Source: Gonapodya sp. JEL0774 (taxonomy: Eukaryota). Taken from it: DNA of 35,956 nt. Location: NCBI GenBank assembly GCA_027604505.1, contig JADIIX010000184.1:1-35956 (forward strand), given 5' to 3'. The notes under the pieces were generated by a model that worked only from the letters and a program-made list of their open reading frames with translations, was not told where the DNA came from and ran no database searches. Shown one piece after another: positions 13,601 to 22,689 of the stretch. Numbering within the stretch: the stretch's first letter is position 1; each line of letters begins with the position of its first letter. A program made the position numbers and the translations under genes.

Positions 13601-13974
13601 TTTGCTCACCAGAACCCGCGTGTATCGACATGTGGACACCAGAATCTCCAGGACTGAGACCAAGCCGCATTATTCCTCGAGCCGTAGACAACTCTTCGCT
13701 GAAGCACACAGCTCACCGAGGACTGATCTCGACCGGAGACTACCGGTTCAGTTGCGGACCTAGAATACAGCATACTAGCGTATTTATACATCATCGAAAC
13801 TTTCTTATATTGGCAGCTATTATGGAAACCATACCAAGAAGCACCGTTCCGATCTGCACGCTTCGACATCCCGTGAACACCAAAACCGAACCGGGGAGCC
13901 ATAAAATTTCGGTTCTCTCGTCGCGACAGTTTCTTGCCGTTGAATTTGGGTGATTTGCGTCTCGTTGGTGCCAT
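10623..13974 (-). CDS. Multi-exon protein with N-terminal tandem CCCH-type zinc fingers, a disordered middle and an unassigned C-terminal region
   Basis: Introns 13609-13533 and 13454-13341 join WCPHVDTRGFCNWGKDCQQAI-PWKSTR-CAEWARTGNCARGFFCPFLH (C-x8-C-x5-C-x3-H in the second unit). Large exon 13340-12461 with a GTGAGC donor. Further exon-like pieces (DLKDRFKDRRALRFYL; VIRRHPHTSAEAAQFL; RRSQQICYFFTLVTNIY...GLGL*) reach a stop at 10623. The start (13974 or 13869) and linkage of the 3' exons are uncertain. Confidence 0.6.
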
Positions 13975-14373
13975 TAGAAACTGAGGCGACAGTTGTCATG
14001 AGTTGTCCTGTAAATCATCCCATGACGTCAGAATTTGATGGGAAATAATGGAAATTTGGATGTCCGTGGGTGCACCCACCAAATCTTAGAAGTACGTTAT
14101 TGTGAGCGAGCTTCTGTAAGTTTTATTTGTACCCATCACTTTTTACTTAGCATCAGAAAGCGAGACTTAATAGGAAGAGCGGATGCGGGGTTCCCCTTTT
14201 CAACTTGTATACTCGGATATCAATTTTATCTGGATTTTTTCCTTGTTCAACTCTGAAAGTATCATTGTTGAAATACATACGAAACAACATCATTCGGGGA
14301 ATGGTGCCCACTGCACTGCACAACCATGGCAAAATCTCCATAACATTGTACCCGTTTACGTTCTCTCTCTCCG
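13975..14373. promoter_or_regulatory. Short divergent (bidirectional) promoter region containing a CRE-type palindrome TGACGTCA (14023-14030)
   Basis: About 400 bp between the head-to-head CCCH and GNAT genes, relatively AT-rich. TGACGTCA also occurs at 16363-16370 upstream of the CE4-SH3 gene. Confidence 0.35.
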
Positions 14374-15653
14374 ATGCGGCAACGGCCCGAAAACCATACC
14401 AATCCGAAATCTTCAACAGATCCTCGCACACACTTTTCCTCTTTCCTGCGGCCCCCTGACGCTGCGCAGAAACGAGCGCCAGATCTACCAAGCCGGACGT
14501 GGTCGCACGAGATAACCGTCGATGATGAATACCAAAATGAATGCGATTCTAGAGCATCAGCTCCGTCGCCAGCTTCTGGCGGTCTAGTGGCGAAAAGGTC
14601 CGTCCAAAATGCTGTCAGCGAACCCCCATCCGCTTCTCGCGCGCAAACGACGATACAAGGGCTACTGGAAGAATCCTTTACAGACACATTACCCTCACGA
14701 TCACGACCGCAGCCGCGCACCGTACCGAGACCTAGTGTGACTTTGAAGGACGTTATTTTGCGGTCTATAAGGGAGACCGACCTACCCGCGCTTCGAGCTC
14801 TCAACGGTCGACTTTTCCCAGTAGTGTACAATGATAGATTCTATTTAGACGTTTTGGAGACTCATCCGAAGGAGTTGTCTGCGCTGGGTAAGCTCAAAAT
14901 CGATGAAGCTCCCATGTTTTGCCGAAGCACATCCAATGGCCAGCCGTTCTGCACAGCTTTCGTAAATACGGAACTTGTTGGTGCTATTTGCTGCCGGCTT
15001 GAATGGGCCGATCACGAGAAGCGTTTTGATTACGTCTGGGATCCCAGTGGCTTTTCCAAGTCAGTGGATCAATGCAATCTGCATGACACCGATGGTTCCC
15101 CGTCTCGGAGCCGGCGAATCAGGTCAAGGGACCCCAAGTCGCCATCTTTGGACCCCGCAACTCGTAAAATTTTGGACTCCACCCATCTATCGGATCCGGA
15201 GCTGCGTGAGGCTTGGCCTCCTCGGGACCTCGCTTCACTTCACCCCACTGTGTTCTTCCCGGGGTCCGCCTCTCCCTCTGTGGAACCACCTAAAATTCTC
15301 GTTTACATCATGACGATAGGGGTCCTTGAATCTTACCGACAACTAGGAATCGGTGAGAATTCTACCTGATGTTTCTGATAGACCTTTTCTGATGTGGAAC
15401 CGCCCCTCCTTAACATCTTTAAGGATCCCTTCTTCTCCAGCACATCATTACCCCATTACATTCACTCTTCCCCCTGGCCTCCCGAGTCCGTCTTCACGTC
15501 CACACCCCTAACGTCGCGGCTGTTCGCTTGTACCGACGAAATGGATTCGAAGTCGTCAGGGAGGAGAAGGGATACTATTCGCACAACAAAGGTGTTCTGC
15601 CACCCGATGCATTTTTGCTCGAGAAGGCCATGGGGAAGTGGAGGAGGTATTAA
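14374..15653 (+). CDS. NAA50: GNAT N-acetyltransferase, Naa50/Nat5(San)-like, ~379 aa
   Basis: Exons 14374-14887, 14957-15352, 15424-15653. Motifs LNGRLFPVVYNDRFY, LVGAICCRLE, VYIMTIGVLESYRQLGIGSLLL (acetyl-CoA motif A), RLHVHTPNVAAVRLYRRNGF, KGYY. The Naa50 catalytic Tyr (YIMT) and His (LHV) positions are intact. Confidence 0.8.
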
Positions 15654-16522
15654 TTAACGGTATCAAGACGAAGCTCTTGTCGGCCATGCTGCGGTCCGGA
15701 CGACAGTATTATTTTGAGACCCGCCTGTTCACTATGTCGCATATGCATTGGTACAAACCCAATCGAGTCGGAGTGCCGCGGAGATGGTAGACGTGAGATG
15801 GCTCTTCCGATAATTATGGCGGATCAGTACAGTTTTGCCTGTGTATTGATTGACCAAAATGCAAAAATGTGCGTGGGACCGGTTCGTACGAACAACATAT
15901 ACATTTGATACGGTCTACACCCGCATCGCATCTCGTGTTAACCCCTATGAACACCTGTTCGGGAGCGCTACAATGGACGGATGAGAGCGCTCACTCACAC
16001 TAGCGAATTGCATACCTGAGTGTGACAGGACTATGTCAGAGTTTGTCGTTTACATGGTGTCATATCACTGTGCCTTTGTTGATACCTAATCAGGATCGAG
16101 TAACACGCTCGTCTTACGGCCCGAACTCTCCACCAGAACGAGTAGAATGATCTTTATTTGATCGCAGATCCTGATTGAATCTGGTCGAGCATCAGTGAGT
16201 TCGATTGCGGAGCAATTTTTTTGATGTCCGGATCGTCGGACTTGATCATAGCGTGTGATAACCTGACTGCGAGGACTTGTCGCATCCCATCAGTACTAGC
16301 TTACGATGATATATTCAGTTGGCAGAATATTTTTGAAGGCCGAAAGTTGTGAGTTTTGGGTGTGACGTCAACGCAAGGTTTGAGGGTCTTGAGTGTGTTG
16401 GTGACTCCTTTTCCAATTTGTGCAAAAACTCACAACCGAGCTGCGAGATCGGCTAATCCAGGGAAAGCTCAACGTCAACGAGAGCGACTCTACACAGCGT
16501 ACGCCATAAGCGTCAACAGGAC

Positions 16523-19500
16523 ATGGCGCCCATCGCTGTGGGCTTTTGGCGCTCTGGCTCCCAACTTCGTCCAGGACCAGATGTACTGCTCTTCCTTTTA
16601 ATATCGCTCTCGACCTTGGCTTCGCTGGCCCCACTCTCGGTGGTCGCTCAGGGTGGCGTATGGCAGTGAGTTGGAAAGTAGAGGGAGAGACTAATGAATG
16701 GAGACGAGTTCGCTGCGTATTGTTGTGTCTCACTTCGACCATGCGGGTTCTCTCTGGCCCCGTCTGTTACATCAACTCGGTCTCTATGCAAACATTGAAA
16801 CGTACAACATAGAAATGCAACTCTTTTCCCTGTTTTTTGCAAGAAGTAGGCACCTCGCACGCTTATCTAGTGACCCAAGAGTGTATACCCTAAACCGACC
16901 ACGAACGTTCTCTCCCACTCCCTTACCTGTTACGCATCTCTCCCCAACCATGTAGTCCCAGACACGCTGCGCTCGTCTATATTGCGGGGCCCGGTCCCGC
17001 CTCAGCGTCCATACTCTCTTCTACAGCGAGCTTGATCAAACCATACCAGGTTTCTTTCTTCCCCCATACCGATTTTATCGATGTGAGTTGTTACTTTGAA
17101 CATTTATATGGTTTGCTCTCTCTTCGGAATGACACGGAATTGATGGTCCACACGGCGCTTTGGAATGAACATGCACGCGCATTCGCCAAATATCGATCCT
17201 GTGTTACTGGGAACCAATAACCCTAAAGCACGGTTTCCTGGAATCATGGAACTGTATAGGCATTCGGGGGCCTGATGGGCGGACCTTGTCAAAAGTGTAC
17301 GCCCTACGGATGTCGCAACTGATCACGAACAGGATGTGGCATGTAGGAATTGAAAGTCAGGCGCGACATGATCTATTGTTGTTGAGTGAATTTAGTTGTT
17401 GCTATAATGGGGAGAAGGAGATTCAATCCTCCCATCGCCGGACGCTTTGATGTTGACAACCAAGATTCCCTCATCTACCGCCTTCACTCATTTCCCAGGC
17501 TTCTGCCTCGAACCTCACTTTCCTCAGCCAAGCGTCTGCTCTTATCGGTCAACGCTGGTCGCTCACCCTCGATTCACAGATTGCTTCATACTCAGACGAT
17601 AAAGTGATTGAGGAACTTGTCGAGGAGTGTCGGATAGTACAAAAGTTAACGGGGAGAGTGCCTAGGTGTGAGTATAGATCAATTCTGTGTGGTTTATGGA
17701 TTGGTTGGATTCCTGTATGCGAGCAGAACGGCCTACTGAAGGAGTAGCGCGGTGGTCGATGTGGTCTCGAGTAAGTGAACCGAACATCAGCCGAAGAGTC
17801 TCGCAGACTACCAATAATTGGTTCAAGTAACATATCGTGTGATCGCAATTTCGAAATTGCGTTCCGTGATTATCGAGAATCTCCTACATAGTACTTTGAA
17901 AGCTCCCTTCATCAATTTTCGTTCTGTTCCCTGTTTTTACCGTGACATTTAAATTTCAAATTTCCATTTTGCTTCTTCATTCTCAACTCCCTAATTCCAC
18001 CCCAACCCCGCGCGACTTCCGCGAACTCAATTAGTTCTCTACTACCTCCCGAACATGGTCACTCTCCGCTTGCATACACTAGCCCGATCCCTCGGATATA
18101 TCCTGCCTGGTGTGCTCTGGGACTTCCCGGACCAGGACAACGCCTCCAACATCACTGCAAACACAACACAATGCTCCAACTGGTTTAGTGGGTTCCTTGC
18201 AAGCATACCAAGTTACTCTCCTGATTCCCTTGGTGGGGTGTGGGCCAACCGGGACACGTATGCTTGCACAGCTACACTCGCACCGATAGTTGTTCAGGCC
18301 TTGATATCCAAAGGGTTCATTCCGGTAGATATCGCAACATGCCTTGGGGAGACGAATTGGTATCGGGAGAGCTGTGATGGAACAGCCGTTGCACTTGGAA
18401 ATGGAAGTGCCCTTGCCGGCAATGCTTCCACGACCTCCACTCCAGCATCAAGCACACTCTCCGTGCAATCCATCGTGGGTAGCCTACCAACCATGTCGTC
18501 CGTCACTACCCCCGACCCATCTCCGGGCGCGTCAACCTCTTCGCAGTCAGTCACGAGTGGCCCCAGCACATCTGTCATTGCAGGCTCTGTAACTGGTACC
18601 GTGGCCGCTCTGATCCTCCTTAGTGCACTGGCGGTCTTCTACCGCCGGCGCACCAACGAAGGACATATATTCGCCTCCGCGAAATCCCACAGTCGAAAAT
18701 CGTCAACATCTTCCATTTTCTCCCCAGGCATGCATTCGTCTTCTTCCATGGCTGCGATTGGCACTGAAGGAGTTCTGGCTTCCCGTCCCCCAATGCCGGC
18801 CCGCCAGGCGACAGACCGCACAATTTATCGTCCGCGCACCCCCGTTGATTCACTCGATTCCGTTGAAATCAGTGGCACCAGTTTCCGGGCCGATGGAACT
18901 GCCTCTGATCTTCGGATATCTGATTACGGGGAGTATGCCGACCCATCACACCCTCCCAGCACAAGCGATGGGTCAGAATCAGGTGGTGAAGCCACCCGCC
19001 TTATGGTTGGAACTGACGCAAGCACTAGTGCATCACCTGTTCGGGCACGGTATTCACCGATTTCTCCCCAAACTCAAGCACCTCCCCCAGGATGGATCTC
19101 AGCAGGAACTGGCGGTGGTGCCTCACTCCCGAACACGGCTTCTATCTATTCGTCCCCGACGTCCACATCTCCTAACGCATCACTTCCCCTGACCTCTCAG
19201 CTTGCTGCGCCTGTCGTAGCTTCAGGTCTCCTCTCGTCCTTCCAAACTTCCACAACGTCTCAACCCGCCCTCTCAAATATCTCCCACGCGCTCGCTCTCG
19301 CCCCACCCCCGTCCGTGACGTCCCTCCTATCCGCCCCTCCGCCATCACTTCTGCCACCGGATCCTTCGTTCCTCCTACTTGGTGGTTCGCCCACAGAAAC
19401 TGCTGTCCGAGTGGGACGAGCTTTCCTTGCCGAGGTAGAGTGGGTGCCACAGAGAGGGGACGAATTGACAGTGCAGAGGGGAGAACCGCTGTGGGTTTGG

Positions 19501-20356
19501 GTCATATATAGAGATGGGTGGTGTTTGGGTGAGTATAGCTGTGGGAGTTGTCTTCACCTTTCGGTTCTGTTCGCTTCACCTTTGCGAGCATCTCCTTTGC
19601 CCTTTCCATTCCGCAAGCCACAAACCTCTCTACCGCCTCTGTTGGCAACGTCCCCTTCATCGTTCTCGACCCGTCGCCAACTTCGGCTTCCACCAACGAT
19701 ACACCAGGTGTTCGCGGACCTAATACTCCCTTTACTGCACCGGACGCTTCACGAACGGTCGCAACAACCACGCCGGGGACACCGAGTACCTTCAGATCGT
19801 CCTTTTTGAATGGATCTGTGGACCTCAATGGTGTGGGAGGGCTCATAGGGCAATATGGCGTTGGCGTAAGGAGCACAAGTCTGGCGATGGGAGCTGCAAG
19901 GAGTGTGGGGCAATTATGGGGTGGTCAAGTTGCGGAGAGCGGAGTAGTAGATGGAAATGCTGCGTCTGGGAATGCCGGAAGAAAGGTCGGGGCCATGGGT
20001 GAGTTGATTGACTCACATTTGAATTAGAGAGAACATATCGTTGGCACATGTTCGTATTACTAACTATATGCACGGGGTCTCCTCTTGTAACAGTTATTCC
20101 TAACACAGTCTTAACTGACATGCTCCGTCGGGGTGAAATCAGCACCGAGGCCTTCATGAAACTTGCTGCAGCTGACAGTCAAGAGCTTGCTGGTGCTACC
20201 AGTACAGATGGTCACGGCAGCGAGGAACTTGGCAATGATAATGTCTCGCAATCACCATCTGGAAGGATTTATGCGACGCCTGGAGGAGTGGTATCGGTGA
20301 AATCAACCAGCACCTTGGGCACTGTCGAATTCGGGGACTCCATTCGGCGAATTTGA
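16523..20356 (+). CDS. Type I membrane protein, ~858 aa: signal peptide, degenerate polysaccharide deacetylase (CE4/NodB) domain, Ser/Thr stalk, TM, Ser/Pro-rich tail, SH3, short C-terminal helical motif
   Basis: Exons 16523-16665, 16956-17082, 17499-17667, 18035-19528, 19618-19998, 20094-20356; all GT-AG and phase-compatible (2577 nt). Signal VLLFLLISLSTLASLAPLSVVAQ. CE4-like AALVYIAGP..VSFF..LIGQRWS..VIEELVEECRIVQKLTGRVPRF..ARSLGY..VLWD..KGFIPVDIATCLG..WY. TM VIAGSVTGTVAALILLSALAVFY-RRR (~18574-18650). SH3 AEVEWVPQRGDELTVQRGEPLWVWVIYRDGWCLATNLSTASVGNVP. Confidence 0.8.
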
Positions 20357-21312
20357 ATGCCAAAATATCACGGGTGCAGATTGAATGTGTTGACCTGCTG
20401 ATTTCTGTTCTGTGGTCTTGACATGTATGTTGATAATTGTCGGGGACCGACATGAGTATCGGCAATGGCAGCTGTTGAGGATTGTTGATGAGTAATAACG
20501 CATTTGTTGGAAGCAGCAGTGGTGTCGTTGAACCTTCACAAGATCGGGCAAGTGGGTAGAGGGATGGCAGAGGAGGAAATTATGGGCGGAATCTGCGTTG
20601 CTTTGGCGATCTCATGCAATCCGACGACTGGTGATGCTTAGCCAATGCCGGTTGGCATGTGCAGTATTCGCCTTGGTCTTCCCTGCAATTATCACTACTT
20701 TTCGTCGGACATCTATGTCATGTGGGGTATTGACATCGGTTTGACCAGCATTTGGCAATTGGTAACAATTATTCTACCGATGTGATTCTTGAACAGGAGT
20801 TCGCCTAATGCAGTGATAAACATGCACACGTGGTGCTGCCGCATGGACGAGCGGAGCCCTGGGACCCCGTTATGTAACCGGAGCAAACGGCCGTTTTGAA
20901 ATTTGCTGATAATAAACAACTGGCGGCACGCACTGTCCTCTCCTAGGGTATCTGAGTTTCAGTACCATTGCGGCTTATTCTTGCAGTCTGGGTGCGGTAT
21001 CTCTCATTGTACAGTACTCTAAAAACGCCGTGAGAGACGGAAACCATGATGTGATAAATGGTAATGCATTGGACTTTTGGCATGTAACTCCATGTAGAGC
21101 AATGTGACGCCAGTCAAAATCACTGAATGTATTACAAGGATTTTTCTCCTTGCGTTAGCGTTACTGAATACATGCTGAGAACATATTTTTGTCGTTGTGC
21201 AGTTGAAAGCTCCGCACCACCTTTGTGCTGAAGGCTGGACGATTTATGCGAACTCCCAAAACCAAAAGGATCGAAAGCCCGGGCCTTCGAACTGAATCAG
21301 CTAGAAAGAATC

Positions 21313-21971
21313 ATGTGGTTTTTCCAGAAGGCGACCAAATCTGCCGATTCCCGCGCTCATTTGCATGAATCGTCAGCAGCTCGGATCACGATCCCCGAGC
21401 ATGCTGAAACTCCCGACGACGATCGCCCTCTAGTTTCATACCTTTCGGATGATACAAGACCACCAGAGTACGATGAAACTCCACCGTCTTACAGTTCTGT
21501 GTCCGGCGAGGTGCGATGGTTCGACGGTGGGAGGAAACGAGTATTTTTACGCGCACGTATAAGTAATGCTGTTCACGATTACTTCCTCAGGGTGTTCGTC
21601 TGCTACCTCACGGATCTCACATAATCATTCATCCGGCCTCTGGTCAGCCGCGACACGGGATATATGCGGGATCCGAGAGTGTTGTCAGGTACAACGTTTA
21701 CAAGCTGGGCACAAAGGATGGACCTATTGAGGAGGTCTCACTGAAAGATTTTGTTGGATTAGGAGGGAGACTGGAAATTCGTGAGAATCCACCAGAAGCT
21801 CGTTTTGTAGGGGCTCCCGCGGTGGAGAGAGCTCGTCGGGCAGCGAACAAAGCGCGTTCCAAGAATACGGCGGAGGTGTTCAGGGGCATTGGACCACAGG
21901 ACTTTGTTGACTGGTGTTTTGGGTTGCAAGAAAAGGTCCTTCGTGTTGGTCCCGGTGGAGGCTTTTTCTAA
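21313..21971 (+). CDS. 192-aa protein with two PPxY motifs and a degenerate LRAT-like (permuted NlpC/P60) domain
   Basis: Exons 21313-21510 and 21591-21971 (intron GTGCG...CCTCAG). Exon 2 is not in the ORF track and reads GVRLLPHGSHIIIHPASGQPRHGIYAGSESVVRYNVYKLGTKDGPIEEVSLKDFVGLGGRLEIRENPPEARFVGAPAVERARRAANKARSKNTAEVFRGIGPQDFVDWCFGLQEKVLRVGPGGGFF*. Exon 1 has PPEY and PPSY. Confidence 0.75.
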
Positions 21972-22689
21972 CACGCCAGTGGTCGACTTGCGCGAGAAAT
22001 CATCCAGAGGCAGCGCTTGTTAGCATGAACCATTCTTGTTCTGTATATTATTTGCTTTTCGATATTGAGGAGGTGTTGCTGTTGTATGCACTTGCGCCTG
22101 CCGAATGTTGGTGATCACGAGCTAGCTCGAGGGTCATGCCCTTCGACTTTTTAGACAAGGGTAATACCCCATACTGTAGGCCATTTGATCTACGATGGCT
22201 CAATTATGGACTAACTCAGAAAATGTAGTTTCTGAACATTCAATTGAAGTGAAGTACTAGAAGAGCCGCGTCAGCGATCAGCGGCCACTGATCTTACAGT
22301 CGACAGTAGTCTAGCTACGGAAGTGTGATAAGTTGAATGGGTTCCGCAAGACATTTAGTGCAGTCTATTTTAGGACCGATTAAGTTTGCGCTTTGTGTTA
22401 CATAATTCACACGGAACCACACGGACAGCTACATTAAAATTGAATATTTACGAGGGGGCTCCACTGCAAACAAAAGCGATCTCTTGCTTCCACACCAAAG
22501 CGCGCCATCAGTGGGGAGTGGATCGCTACATACCAGCGAGCGTCAGTGACTCTGGGAAGTCGGCGGCAATCCTTGAATCATGTTCACCCCGAAAGAACGA
22601 CTGCCAAGATATCCAAAGGCCACCAAAGTCAAAACGCGTGATGTACAATTCCATATGCCTTACCCTCCTCTGTTCGCTTTGGAAAGCGT

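Noticed and set aside
17200..17245. TAACCCTAA (17218-17226) as a telomerase RNA template
   Set aside because: It lies inside predicted intron 2 of the CE4-SH3 gene, in the loop of a small hairpin, with no recognisable pseudoknot; a 9-mer match is weak evidence.
17229..17385. Possible extra in-frame exon (HGFLESWNCIG...WHVGIES)
   Set aside because: Direct joining of 17082 to 17499 already gives canonical CE4 spacing, and the extra exon would disrupt it.
19529..19809. C-terminus of ORF 18055-19809 as given in the track
   Set aside because: Read-through of intron 19529-19617; splicing is needed to complete the SH3 (GNVP).
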